Assembly: GCA_019244185.1 (NCBI GenBank)
Contig: JAFATB010000019.1
Coordinates: 282,574 to 346,573, forward strand
Direction of reading: 5' to 3'
DNA: 64,000 nucleotides
DNA from: Acidobacteriota bacterium
Lineage (GTDB): Bacteria; Acidobacteriota; Thermoanaerobaculia; Gp7-AA8
Position numbers and translations under genes: made by a program. Below, piece by piece: positions 9,698 to 19,632 of this stretch. Position 1 is the first letter of the stretch. Each line of letters begins with the position of its first letter. The notes beneath the pieces were generated by a model. The model searched no databases. It was not told the DNA's origin and was given only the letters and a program-made list of their open reading frames with translations.

Positions 9698-11086
9698 ATG
9701 AACGAGAACCTCGAAGTGATCATCCTCGCCGCGGGCCTCGGCACGCGCATGAAGTCGAAGACGATCAAGATCCTTCACCGCGCCGCCGGCCGCCCGATCG
9801 TCGACTACGTCCTCGATCTCGCCGCCGAGCTGACGCAGCGGCGGCCGGTCATGGTCGTCGGCCATCAGCGCGACGCCGTGCAGCAGTCGGTCGGCGACCG
9901 CGCGCGCTACGCCGTCCAGGAAGAGCAGCTCGGCACCGGACACGCGGTGCTGCAGGCCGCCGCGCTCGTCGAAGCGGACGGCATCGACGGCAAGCGCATC
10001 CTCGTGCTCTCGGGCGACGTGCCGCTCACGCGCGCGGAGACGCTGCGCCGATTACTCGATGAACATGCGCGCGCCGGCAACGCGCTCACGCTGCTGACGA
10101 TGAAGCCGGACGATCCGGCGATGTACGGCCGCATCGTGCGCGACGACGCCGGCGCCGTGCAGCGCATCGTCGAGGCGAAGGACGCGTCCGATGACGAGAA
10201 GCGCATCGGCGAGGTGAACGCCGGCATCTACGTCTTCGACGGTGAGCATCTCTTCGACAACCTGCGCAATCTGAAAACCGACAACGCGCAGAAGGAGTAC
10301 TACCTCACCGATCTGCTGCAGGTGCTGCGCGAGCGCGGACATCGCGTGGGCGCCGTCGTCGCCGAGCCGATCGAAGCCCTCGGCGTGAACTCGCGCTCCG
10401 AGCTCGCGCAGGTCGAGTCCGAGATCCAGCGCCGCGTCATCGCGAAGCTCATGTCCGACGGCGTCACGTTCCGCAATCCCGCAACCGTCGTCATCGACTC
10501 GACCGTGCGCATCGGCGCCGACACCGTCGTCTATCCGTTCGTCACGCTCGAAGGAACGACGACGATCGGCGAAGGCTGCGTCATCGATCCCGGCGTGCAT
10601 CTCATGAACGTGCGCGTCGGCGACAACGTGCATCTCAAGACCGGCACCGTCGCCGACGACGCGGTGATCGAGGACGACGCGAACGTCGGTCCGTACGCGC
10701 ATCTCCGCCCCGGCTCGCACCTCGGCAAACACGTGAAGGTCGGGAACTTCGTCGAGACGAAGAAGGCGGTGTTCGGCGACGGCGCGAAGGCGTCGCATCT
10801 GTCGTACATCGGCGACGCGGAGGTCGGCGCGGACGTGAACATCGGCGCGGGCACGATCACCTGCAACTACGACGGCGTGCACAAGCACAAGACGATCATC
10901 GAAGACGGCGCGTTCATCGGCTCGGACACGCAGCTCGTCGCGCCGGTGCGAGTCGGCCGCGGCGCGTACGTCGGCGCGGGCTCGACGATCACGAAGGACG
11001 TGCCGGCCGAATCGCTCGCGCTGAGCCGCACGCCGCAGCGCATCGTCGACGGCTGGGCGCGCCGCAAGCAGAAGAAGAGCGAGTGA
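9698..11086 (+). CDS. glmU: Bifunctional UDP-GlcNAc pyrophosphorylase/glucosamine-1-phosphate acetyltransferase
   Basis: LAAGLGTRMKS, QLGTGHAV, EYYLTD, GNFVETK, hexapeptide repeats, CNYDG. Confidence 0.97.
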   Translation: MNENLEVIILAAGLGTRMKSKTIKILHRAAGRPIVDYVLDLAAELTQRRPVMVVGHQRDAVQQSVGDRARYAVQEEQLGTGHAVLQAAALVEADGIDGKRILVLSGDVPLTRAETLRRLLDEHARAGNALTLLTMKPDDPAMYGRIVRDDAGAVQRIVEAKDASDDEKRIGEVNAGIYVFDGEHLFDNLRNLKTDNAQKEYYLTDLLQVLRERGHRVGAVVAEPIEALGVNSRSELAQVESEIQRRVIAKLMSDGVTFRNPATVVIDSTVRIGADTVVYPFVTLEGTTTIGEGCVIDPGVHLMNVRVGDNVHLKTGTVADDAVIEDDANVGPYAHLRPGSHLGKHVKVGNFVETKKAVFGDGAKASHLSYIGDAEVGADVNIGAGTITCNYDGVHKHKTIIEDGAFIGSDTQLVAPVRVGRGAYVGAGSTITKDVPAESLALSRTPQRIVDGWARRKQKKSE

Positions 11087-11092
11087 CGCGCG

Positions 11093-12406
11093 TCAGCGCC
11101 GCTGCAGGTCGACGCGCATGCGGCCGAAGTCGATCACGACGTTGAAGTTCTGGAGGAAGTTCTCGCCGAGAATTCCGACGTCTTCTTCCTTCACGTCGTT
11201 CTCGTACATCGGCAGCGTCTTGAACGTCCCCGCCCAGCGGTCGATGCCGACTTCCACGTTCTCGACTTTGCCGCCGTGCTTCATCGCGCCGCCCAGTCCC
11301 TGCAGAGTCGCGCTGTGGGCGCCGGAGCCGAACATCTGGATCGGCAGGGTCGCGAGCCGCGCCTGATTGAGGAACGTGATCTCCGAGCCGGTGTCGAGCA
11401 CGAAGAGGAACCAGCCCTTGCGATTCACCGCGCCGCGCACGTGCGGCCGGAAGTTTTCGATGAAGAGGTTCTGATCGCGGTCGGCAACGTGATCTTTCGC
11501 CGTGAGGCGCGTGAAGCGCGCGTGTTTGCGGTCGAACCGCAGCTCGAGCCGGAACTCCTTGAGCAGGTTCGAGCCGAGGAGGAAGTCGATGTTGAGCTGC
11601 GTTCCTTCTTTCTTGTTGACGAGGAACTTCATCTTGTCGTCCGGCATGATCGCGACCGGAACGTTCTCGATCACGATGGCGCCGAGCTCGAGTCGTTGCA
11701 GCAGCGCGAACTGCACCTGAATCGGCTCGCCGAGCAGGCCGAAGAACGTTCCCTCGCTCGGCGAGATCGCCTGCAGTCCGAGCTCGTTCGCGACGCGCCG
11801 CGAGACGATCGACAGCACGGCGCCGGAGTCGATCACCGCTTCGATCTGATGCGTGCCGTTCGCGCGCACGTTGATGCGCGGCACGACCGGATGCTCGAAC
11901 TTGAACGGGATGTCGTCGCTCGGCGCGCCGCTGAAGCGGTACGCCTGCACGTTGGACATGGCGCGCAGAAAGTCGGTGTGCCACTGGCGCACGTTGACGC
12001 CGTGGTCGACGGCGATCTCCGCCCACTCGAGGCTGGCGTCGTAGTTGTTCTGCAGGTACTCGAGCTGCGCGAGGTCCCACGCCACCTGCGCGTGCGTCGC
12101 TCGGAACGGCTTGAGATCGAGCGCGTCGCGCAGGATCTTGCGGGCGTCGTCGTAGCGTCCCGCCGCGAGATACGCCTCGCCGAGCGACGCGAGGTCGACC
12201 GGATTCGGATGCTCGCGCTTCGTGATCGTGTCCGTGAGATCGATCGCGCGCAGGTAGTCGGCCTTGCGCAGCATCGACTGGATGTCGGAGCCGCGCTCGA
12301 TGTTCGACGGCAACAGATTCAGCGGACCGACGGTGACGTCGTTGTAGAGCGAGCAGCCCGCGAGGGCGAGCAGTAGCAGCGGCGCGAGGATGGATTTCCG
12401 GCGCAT
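11093..12406 (-). CDS. Lipoprotein with TPR region and two retropepsin-like aspartyl protease domains
   Basis: Lipobox LAGC; TPR-like helices; VIDSGA...LLGSNLL and VLDTGS...GILGENFL. Confidence 0.82.
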   Translation of the reverse strand: MRRKSILAPLLLLALAGCSLYNDVTVGPLNLLPSNIERGSDIQSMLRKADYLRAIDLTDTITKREHPNPVDLASLGEAYLAAGRYDDARKILRDALDLKPFRATHAQVAWDLAQLEYLQNNYDASLEWAEIAVDHGVNVRQWHTDFLRAMSNVQAYRFSGAPSDDIPFKFEHPVVPRINVRANGTHQIEAVIDSGAVLSIVSRRVANELGLQAISPSEGTFFGLLGEPIQVQFALLQRLELGAIVIENVPVAIMPDDKMKFLVNKKEGTQLNIDFLLGSNLLKEFRLELRFDRKHARFTRLTAKDHVADRDQNLFIENFRPHVRGAVNRKGWFLFVLDTGSEITFLNQARLATLPIQMFGSGAHSATLQGLGGAMKHGGKVENVEVGIDRWAGTFKTLPMYENDVKEEDVGILGENFLQNFNVVIDFGRMRVDLQRR

Positions 12407-12453
12407 TCGCCCCGATTGTACGGGGATCGCGGAGCTCGGTTGTGACGGACCGC

Positions 12454-15400
12454 TTACGCTCTGACGAGAATTCCGAGCTCGCGGATCTGATACGCGAGCG
12501 CCTGCCGCGACATCTTGAGGAGCGACGCGGCGCGGTTCTGATTGCCGCGCGCCTCGAGGAGCGAGCGCTCGATGAGATCGCGCTTGAAGCGCGCCACCGC
12601 GTCCTGATACGAGCCGGCGGCGACGCGCGCGGGGGCGACGTTGCGCAGCCGCTCGGGCAGATGCTCGACGTCGATCTGCTTCGCGTCGCCGGCCATCGCG
12701 TGCGCGGCGCGGATCGCGTTCTGCAGCTCGCGCACGTTGCCCGGCCACGCGTACGCGGTGAAGATCGCCTCGACGTCGGGCGCGAGCAACGCCGGTCCGC
12801 CGCGGTGCTTCTCGCGCTCGGATGCGAGGAAATGCGCCGCGAGCAGCAGCACGTCCGTGCCGCGCTCGCGCAGTGGCGGAAGCGCGAGCTCGACGCCGCG
12901 GATGCGGTAGTAGAGATCGTCGCGGAAGCGTCCTTCTTCGACCGCCGCTTCGAGTTTGCGATTCGTCGCGCTGACGATGCGCACGTCGGCGGAGCGGTTC
13001 ACGGTGTCGCCGACGCGGCGAAACTCGCCTTCCTGCAGAAAGCGCAGCAGCTTCGCCTGCGCCGCCAGCGGCAGCTCGCCGATCTCGTCGAGGAAGAGCG
13101 TGCCGCCATCGGTCGTCTCGATGAGCCCCGCGCGATCGCGATCGGCGCCGGTGAATGCGCCGCGCACGTGGCCGAAGAGCTCACTCTCGATGAGGTTCTC
13201 GGGAAGCGCGGCGCAGTTGACCGCTGTGAACGTCTTCGTGCGGCGCGTCGAGTTGCGGTGGATCGCGCGCGCGGCGAGCTCCTTCCCGGTGCCGGACTCG
13301 CCGAGGATGCAGACCGGGACGTCGCGGCGCGCGACGCGCGCGATGAGCGCGTAAATGTCGCGCATCAGCGGCGACTGCCCGACGATGCCGTCGACCATGT
13401 CCGCACGCGCGGGCTTCGCCGCTGCTTCCTCCTGTTCGAGCACCCGGCGCAGGCGCTGGTTGTCGGCACGCGTGCGAAAGAGCGCGGCCACGGCGTCGCG
13501 GCCGTCGGTGCTCCAGCGCGCGCAGCCGTCGAGGAAGAGCAGCTCGCGCTCGCTACAGGCGATCCAGTCGTTCGCCCCCGACGCGAGGATCGCGTCGAAC
13601 GTCGCGGCATCGAACGTCTGCGAGCCGATGGCGTTCCACTGCCCGAGGCGGTTGCGCGTGGCGAAACACCATGCGAGATCGAAGTCGTGCGGCGCGAACG
13701 GGAACTCGCGCGTGGCCGCGAGGCGCAGAATGCGCAGCTCGGACTCGACCGGCGCGGGCGCGGCGTCGAAGACGAGCGCGTATTCGGCGGCGAGCGCGCG
13801 TGCGGCCGCGTCGTCGCGCGTGGCGACGGCGAGGCGGAAACGCTGCAAGGCGCCGGGAACGCCGTCGCTCGTCGACGTCGCGTCATGGCGCTGGATCCGT
13901 TCGTGGCGGCGCGTGAGCTCCGCGTTGCCGGACCGGCCGTTGGACCGTAACGTCGAGCGCGCGCCTTCCATCCAATCGAGCTCGTCGAGGATCAGTGCGG
14001 CGGCTTCGCGAATCTGGTCGTGCGCGTCGCGCGCGGCGTACACCGCTTCGGCGGCGCGGCGCGCGTCGGCGAAGCGGCCGCGCGAGAAGTCGAGATGCGC
14101 GGTGAGCAGGTCGATCTCGCCGAGCCGGATCGCGTCGTTCGTGCCGGCGTAGTAGCGGCGGAGGCGCGCGATGCGCTGCGACGCGTGCGCCCACTGCCCT
14201 TCGTCCGCCGCGAGATACGCGAGCGTGAAGAGGATGCCGCCGGCAGCGCGGTCGCCCTGCGTCTCCTCGACTTCCTGCAGCGCCTCGACGGCGATCGCGC
14301 GCGCGAGGTCCCACGAGCCGGCGGAGAACGCCGCGAAGACGCGGTCGAGCGACGCGTCGACGCGCTCGGTCATCGTGCGCGCACGAGCGTGCGACTCCCG
14401 CGCGCTCCGCGCCGCGCGGTCGTAGTCGCCGCGTTCGAGCGCGCGATACGTGTCGAGACGCGCGGCGAGGTAATACGTCTCCGGAAGCACGACGTCGACG
14501 CCGTGCAGCGCGCGTTCGTAGTCAAGCCGCGTGCGTTCTTCGTCGTTCGCGGGCTGCAACGCGTCGAGCAGGCGTTGCGCGTCGGATTCGCGATTCGTGA
14601 GGCGCAGCAGCTCGGCGCGGAGGAGCTCCGCGTCGAATGAGCGAGCCTCGATTCGTTCGAGACGCGCCAGCGCCGTCGCGTAGTCGCCGGTGTGACGCTC
14701 CGCGCGCGCGAGGACAAAGTCGGCCTCGCCCGGCGCGACGTCTCGCGCGTCGCGATAACGCCCGCAGTCGACGAGCGCGTGCGCGTAACGCGTCGCGAGC
14801 TCCGGCGTGAGGATCGCGCGCGGCACGCGCCGCAGCGCCTGCACGGTCTCGTTCGCGTCGCTCCACGCGGTCCGCTCCAGCGCCTCGGTTGCCCGCGCCG
14901 GCTCGCCCGCGTCGAGCCAGAGCAGCGCCGCGCGGACGCCGTCCGCGTGCGACGCCGCGACGCGGCAGATCGCGGGGCGCGACGCGGTCGCAATGCGGCG
15001 CGCGGCTTCCTCGCGCGCGGCGTCGCTCACAAAGACGAACGTCTCGCCGTCGAGCGACGTCACGCCGTCGACGACCAGCTCTTCGAGCGCGCCGCGGAAG
15101 AGAAAGTCGCCGAGAAAATCCGACGCGAGCTTGCGCGGAATGCGCGTGCCGAGGAGCGCGAGCGCGCCGATGAAGGACCGCGCGGGCTCGGCGAGCGCGG
15201 GCAGCGACGTCGCCGGCGGCGGCACGTCGCCGTGCGCGAGATAGGCGGCGAACGCGCCCGAGTCGACGAAGGCTTCGAGCGCGCCAGGATCGAGCGAGGC
15301 GCGCAACTGCGCGGCGCTCGCGAGCCGCGGCGCGACGATGAACGGTTGCGCATCCGGCAGACGGTTCTCGTCCGACGGCAAGAGCCAGGTGCCGTGACGC

Positions 15401-16230
15401 GCGTGCGCGAGCAGCTCCACGACTTCCGCCGACGCCGCGTCGAACGCCTCGCGCTCCGCGACGACGAAGAGATGCCGCGCGTGCGCCGTCTTGGCGAGCA
15501 CGCGCTCCGCCGCCGCCGCGGGATCGAGCGTGCGATCGCTCACGAGCGCGCCGAACGCGGAGTAGCGTTCAAGCGGCGACGCGCCGCGCAATACGACGAC
15601 GCGCAGCGAGCCGTCGAGCTCCGCGAAACGCTCAACCGCCGCGATGCACGCGTCATCGCTGTAGCCGAAGCGGCCTCCGTCCGACGCGAGCATGCGCAGT
15701 CCTTCCGGACCGGGCGCCGCGATGGCACCGCACGCCGCGCGGCGCGCCCAGCGCAAGTCCGCCGCGACGTCGCCCGTGAGCCGCGCGAACGCTTCCGTGT
15801 AGATCGCGTCCGCGCGCGCCCACGACTGCTGCAGGATGTCGAGCTCCGCGCCGACGAGCTCCGCGAACTGCTGCGCGAGCGTGAGCGCGGGCGGCGCGGA
15901 CGAGACGTCGCACGCGCGCGCCGCGACGCGCACGAGGCGCACGTCCGAGCCGCGCTTCTGCACCACCGCCCACTCCGCCGGATCGAGCTCGCCGTCCGCG
16001 ATGCCCGCGAACTGCAGCAGCGCCGCGTGCGCCGCGAACTGCGCGAGCAGCGACAGGCGGTCGCGCGGACCCGTTTCGCGCAGCTCCGCGAGCGGCGTCG
16101 CGGCGAGCGACTCGCCGAACGGCAGCGACGCGTGGCGCAGCGTCGCCAGCAGCGCGCGATCCCAGCGGAACGCGTCCGCGCAGATCCGCACCGCGTCGCG
16201 CCCGCGACGGGTAGGAACCCTCATGCTCAT
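12454..16230 (-). CDS. Large sigma54-dependent Fis-family activator with degenerate kinase/STAND-like and TPR N-terminus
   Basis: C-terminal [31 protein letters not shown] and Fis HTH; start uncertain (16230 or 16272). Confidence 0.85.
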   Translation of the reverse strand: MSMRVPTRRGRDAVRICADAFRWDRALLATLRHASLPFGESLAATPLAELRETGPRDRLSLLAQFAAHAALLQFAGIADGELDPAEWAVVQKRGSDVRLVRVAARACDVSSAPPALTLAQQFAELVGAELDILQQSWARADAIYTEAFARLTGDVAADLRWARRAACGAIAAPGPEGLRMLASDGGRFGYSDDACIAAVERFAELDGSLRVVVLRGASPLERYSAFGALVSDRTLDPAAAAERVLAKTAHARHLFVVAEREAFDAASAEVVELLAHARHGTWLLPSDENRLPDAQPFIVAPRLASAAQLRASLDPGALEAFVDSGAFAAYLAHGDVPPPATSLPALAEPARSFIGALALLGTRIPRKLASDFLGDFLFRGALEELVVDGVTSLDGETFVFVSDAAREEAARRIATASRPAICRVAASHADGVRAALLWLDAGEPARATEALERTAWSDANETVQALRRVPRAILTPELATRYAHALVDCGRYRDARDVAPGEADFVLARAERHTGDYATALARLERIEARSFDAELLRAELLRLTNRESDAQRLLDALQPANDEERTRLDYERALHGVDVVLPETYYLAARLDTYRALERGDYDRAARSARESHARARTMTERVDASLDRVFAAFSAGSWDLARAIAVEALQEVEETQGDRAAGGILFTLAYLAADEGQWAHASQRIARLRRYYAGTNDAIRLGEIDLLTAHLDFSRGRFADARRAAEAVYAARDAHDQIREAAALILDELDWMEGARSTLRSNGRSGNAELTRRHERIQRHDATSTSDGVPGALQRFRLAVATRDDAAARALAAEYALVFDAAPAPVESELRILRLAATREFPFAPHDFDLAWCFATRNRLGQWNAIGSQTFDAATFDAILASGANDWIACSERELLFLDGCARWSTDGRDAVAALFRTRADNQRLRRVLEQEEAAAKPARADMVDGIVGQSPLMRDIYALIARVARRDVPVCILGESGTGKELAARAIHRNSTRRTKTFTAVNCAALPENLIESELFGHVRGAFTGADRDRAGLIETTDGGTLFLDEIGELPLAAQAKLLRFLQEGEFRRVGDTVNRSADVRIVSATNRKLEAAVEEGRFRDDLYYRIRGVELALPPLRERGTDVLLLAAHFLASEREKHRGGPALLAPDVEAIFTAYAWPGNVRELQNAIRAAHAMAGDAKQIDVEHLPERLRNVAPARVAAGSYQDAVARFKRDLIERSLLEARGNQNRAASLLKMSRQALAYQIRELGILVRA

Positions 16231-16288
16231 TGGATGTGCGCAGGATAGTAACTTAAACGCGTCTTTATGCAAATCGCGCTACAAAGCT

Positions 16289-16326
16289 GAATGAAGAATG
16301 CAGAACGCAGAATGAAGAATTGAGAA
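16289..16326 (+). repeat. Degenerate heptamer tandem repeat (GAATGAA/GAATGCA type)
   Basis: GAATGAA GAATGCA GAACGCA GAATGAA GAATTGA GAA in divergent intergenic region. Confidence 0.75.
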
Positions 16327-16354
16327 AGCCGCCTTCCCCTAAAATGCCGCGCCA

Positions 16355-17179
16355 ATGACCGACGTCGACATCGCCATCGCCGCCGCACGCGCCGGCGCGC
16401 GCGTCCTGCTTCACTATTGGGAACGCCTCAACAAGGACGACGCCGATCTCAAGGCGCGCAACGACTGGGTCTCCGACGCCGACCGTGAAAGCGAGCAGGC
16501 GATCGTCGCCGCCATCCGCGAGCATTGCGCCGACGACGCGTTCCTCGGCGAAGAGAGCGGCCGCAGCGCCGGCTCGTCCACGCGCACGTGGGTCATCGAT
16601 CCGCTCGACGGCACGTCGAACTACCTGCAGCACTTTCCGGTGTGGTCCGTCTCCATCGCGCTGCGCCGCGAAGTCGAGACCATCGCCGGCGTGATCTACG
16701 AGCCGCTGCGCGATCTCTTCTTCACCGCCGAGCGAGGCGCGGGCGCGTTCCGCAACGGCGAGCGGATGCGCGTCTCGTCGCACGACCGCGTCGAAGCATC
16801 GTTCCTCGCGACCGGCTTCCCGTTCCGCGCGCAGGAGTACGTCGAAAGCTACGTCGCGATCTTCACCGACATCATCCGCGTCTCGAAGGGCGTGCGTCGC
16901 GCCGGCTCCGCCGCGCTCGATCTCGCGTACACCGCGGCGGGCGTCTTCGACGGCTTCTTCGAAATGCATCTCGCGCCGTGGGACGTCGCCGCGGGCGCGC
17001 TGCTCGTCACGGAAGCCGGCGGCGTGGTCACCGATTTCTCCGGCGGCCAGCGCTGGCTCGAGCGCGGCAACATCGTCGGCGCCACGCCCGGCGTGCATGC
17101 GGAGCTGCTGCGCGTGATCGCGCGGCACACCAACGAAGACGCGCTTGATCACCGCAAAGGGTCGCGGTCGAATCTGTGA
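16355..17179 (+). CDS. suhB: Inositol monophosphatase family protein
   Basis: WVIDPLDGTSNY, GSAALDL, WDVAAGALLVTEAGG. Confidence 0.92.
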   Translation: MTDVDIAIAAARAGARVLLHYWERLNKDDADLKARNDWVSDADRESEQAIVAAIREHCADDAFLGEESGRSAGSSTRTWVIDPLDGTSNYLQHFPVWSVSIALRREVETIAGVIYEPLRDLFFTAERGAGAFRNGERMRVSSHDRVEASFLATGFPFRAQEYVESYVAIFTDIIRVSKGVRRAGSAALDLAYTAAGVFDGFFEMHLAPWDVAAGALLVTEAGGVVTDFSGGQRWLERGNIVGATPGVHAELLRVIARHTNEDALDHRKGSRSNL

Positions 17180-17790
17180 AACCGAAGAAGCTCGCGCGCG
17201 AGTTCTATCTGCAGGACACCGTCGGCGCCGCGCGCGCGCTGCTCGGCTGCACGCTCTGGCGCCGGCTCGACGACGGCATGCTCCTCGCCGCGCGCCTCGT
17301 CGAAGTCGAGGCCTACCTCGGCGCGAACGACATGGCCAGCCACGCGCGGCGCGGCCTGCGCTCGCCGCGCAACGAGTCGATGTATCTCGAAGGCGGACAC
17401 GCGTACGTCTACTTCACGTACGGCATGCACTGGTGCTGCAACGTCGTCATGCAGGAAGCGGACATCGCCGAGGCGGTGCTGCTGCGCGGCGCGGAGCCGG
17501 TGCTCGGCGTCGAGGTCATGCGCGAGCGGCGGCCGAAGGCGAAGAAAGACCACGAGCTGATGAACGGCCCCGGAAAGCTGTGCAGCGCGCTCGACATCGA
17601 CAAGCGGCTCAACGGCGCGAGCCTGCGCGGCGACTCGCTCTGGCTCACCGCGCGCGACGTCGCGATCTCCGACGACGACATCGCCGTCAGCGCGCGCATC
17701 GGCGTCGAAGGCGCGGGCGAGCCGCACGCGTCGTGGCCGCTGCGTTTTTATCTGCGCGGCAACCGCCACGTGTCGCAGTACCGCAAATGA
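17176..17790 (+). CDS. DNA-3-methyladenine glycosylase (MPG/AAG family)
   Basis: VEVEAYLG, AYVYFTYGMHWC, GPGKLCSAL, RIG motifs. Confidence 0.92.
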   Translation: MKPKKLAREFYLQDTVGAARALLGCTLWRRLDDGMLLAARLVEVEAYLGANDMASHARRGLRSPRNESMYLEGGHAYVYFTYGMHWCCNVVMQEADIAEAVLLRGAEPVLGVEVMRERRPKAKKDHELMNGPGKLCSALDIDKRLNGASLRGDSLWLTARDVAISDDDIAVSARIGVEGAGEPHASWPLRFYLRGNRHVSQYRK

Positions 17791-18380
17791 ACGATCACTA
17801 CCGGACGCTCGCCGCGCGCGCCGAGTTCCGGCAGAAGATCGAGCGCTCCGAGTTCCTCGGCATCGCGTTTCCCGTGACGAGCGAAGACGCATTCTTCGCC
17901 GAGCTCGCGGCCGCGCAGAAGCGCGACTTCGACGCGACGCATCATTGCTGGGCGTTTCGCCTCTTCCACGACGCGCGCACGCGCAGCTCCGACGCGGGCG
18001 AGCCGTCAGGCACCGCAGGCAAGCCGATCCTCGCCGCGATCGAAGGCGCCGCGCTCTACGACGCCGGCGTGATCGTCGTGCGCTGGTACGGCGGCATCAA
18101 GCTCGGCACCGGCGGACTCGCGCGCGCGTATCGCGAGACCGCGGCGGAAACGCTGCGCGGCGCGCAACTCGCCGATCGCTACGTTTACGCGCGCGTCCGC
18201 GTCATCGTGCCGTTCGACGCGTTGAGCGTCGTCTACCGGCTCGTCGAGCCGCCGCACGTCGTGCTCGCGGAGGAGCGCTACGGCGACGAGAACGAGTTTC
18301 TCTTCGACGTGCGCGCGTCGCGCGTGAACGCGTTCGCCGCGCAGCTGACCGAGCGCCGGCTGCGCTTCATTCTTCCGTGA
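17787..18380 (+). CDS. yigZ: YigZ/IMPACT family protein
   Basis: ATHHCWA, SDAGEPSGTAGKPIL, VRWYGGIKLGTGGLARAY; ATGA overlap. Confidence 0.9.
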   Translation: MNDHYRTLAARAEFRQKIERSEFLGIAFPVTSEDAFFAELAAAQKRDFDATHHCWAFRLFHDARTRSSDAGEPSGTAGKPILAAIEGAALYDAGVIVVRWYGGIKLGTGGLARAYRETAAETLRGAQLADRYVYARVRVIVPFDALSVVYRLVEPPHVVLAEERYGDENEFLFDVRASRVNAFAAQLTERRLRFILP

Positions 18381-18765
18381 CGTTCGTGCGCGCGAGGCGG
18401 TCGCCCGTGCGTGCCTTGCCGGCGACGATCAGCACGACCTCGAGCAGGTTCCACGCGGGAATCACGAGCGGCAGGTTGCGCGCGACCGAACGTCCCCAGC
18501 CGCATCCTTCGCCGCGCGGCGTCAGCAGGCGGAGGCCGAGGAGCTGCTTGCCGATCGAGCGGCCGCGGAAACCGTCGCGGAAGAGCATGGCGATCGTGAG
18601 GATCCCGAGCGCGGACCACCAGACGAACTGAATGCCGCGCGGCGAGCCGGCCCAGGTGAGGCCGTAGCTGACCGCGGACGCGGGAAGGATGAGCACGACG
18701 GCGATCGTGAGCGCGTCGACGAGAAAGGCGGCGATGCGTAGGAGTTTGGTCTGGGACCCGTCCAT
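18367..18765 (-). CDS. RDD family membrane protein
   Basis: RIAAFLVD, SIGKQLLGLR, RTGDRLART motifs; SD GGAGAGG. Confidence 0.85.
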   Translation of the reverse strand: MDGSQTKLLRIAAFLVDALTIAVVLILPASAVSYGLTWAGSPRGIQFVWWSALGILTIAMLFRDGFRGRSIGKQLLGLRLLTPRGEGCGWGRSVARNLPLVIPAWNLLEVVLIVAGKARTGDRLARTNVTEE

Positions 18766-18790
18766 GAAACCTCTCCGCGCGATTGTCGTA
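18765..18790 (+). promoter_or_regulatory. ECF (SigW-like) promoter TGAAAC-N16-CGTA
   Basis: TGAAAC 18765-18770, 16-nt spacer, CGTA 18787-18790, 19 nt before DUF4097 gene ATG. Confidence 0.55.
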
Positions 18791-18809
18791 CAACCGCAGC
18801 AGGTGTCGT

Positions 18810-19622
18810 ATGAACAGGCGCAACCCAAAGCTTTATTTGCTCGCCGCGATGATGTTGGCGGCGGCGTGCGGCGGCGGCGAGCGGCGCCATCACTTCGGTG
18901 ACGGCGGCGCGACCGCGCAGGTCACGCGCTCCTGGCCGGCATCGTCCATCCACACGCTGCGCGTCCGCGAAGTCGACGGCAGCGTGACCGTCGAAGCCTC
19001 GCCGACGAACGAGATCACCCTCACCGCCAGCGCGCGCGGCGATCTGCAGATCGACAAGAAGGCCGAGAACTCCGGCCTCTTTCAGACCGAAGTCGACGGC
19101 GACGTGCTGCGCATCGGCCGCAAGGAACGGCACCGCGGCCACTTCAACTTCAACTTCATCTTCGGCAACGACGACGTGCGCATCGACTACGTCCTGCGCG
19201 TGCCGCCGAGCGTCGAGCTCGACATCGGCACGGTCAACGGACGCATCGCGCTGCACGGCGGCGAAGGACGCACGGCGGCGACGACGGTGAACGGCACGAT
19301 CGACATCGAGACCGCGGGCACCGAGGAGCTGCAGGCGACGACGGTGAACGGGCGGGTGCGGGCGAAGTTCCTGCGATCGTTCAGCGGCGCGCGCTTCAAG
19401 ACGGTGAACGGCGGTGTGGAAGCGCTGCTGCCGGAAGGCGCCTCGTTCAGCGTCGATCTCGCGCAGGTGAACGGCGACTTCGAGGCCTCGTTCCCGCTGA
19501 GCATCCACTCGAACCCGGGAACGCGACGCGTGTCGGGCGACATCAACGGCGGGCAGCACGAGCTGAAGATCGTCACCGTGAACGGCGACGTCGAGCTCGG
19601 AAAGCTGCAGGCCGCGCGGTAA
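18810..19622 (+). CDS. DUF4097 beta-strand repeat lipoprotein
   Basis: Lipobox LAAAC; repeated TVNG motifs. Confidence 0.82.
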   Translation: MNRRNPKLYLLAAMMLAAACGGGERRHHFGDGGATAQVTRSWPASSIHTLRVREVDGSVTVEASPTNEITLTASARGDLQIDKKAENSGLFQTEVDGDVLRIGRKERHRGHFNFNFIFGNDDVRIDYVLRVPPSVELDIGTVNGRIALHGGEGRTAATTVNGTIDIETAGTEELQATTVNGRVRAKFLRSFSGARFKTVNGGVEALLPEGASFSVDLAQVNGDFEASFPLSIHSNPGTRRVSGDINGGQHELKIVTVNGDVELGKLQAAR

Positions 19623-19632
19623 GCTCTCGCGC

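Noticed and set aside
16267-16284. Sigma54-like site upstream of the giant activator (minus strand TTGTAGCGCGATTTGCA)
   Set aside because: Has GT rather than the invariant GG at -24
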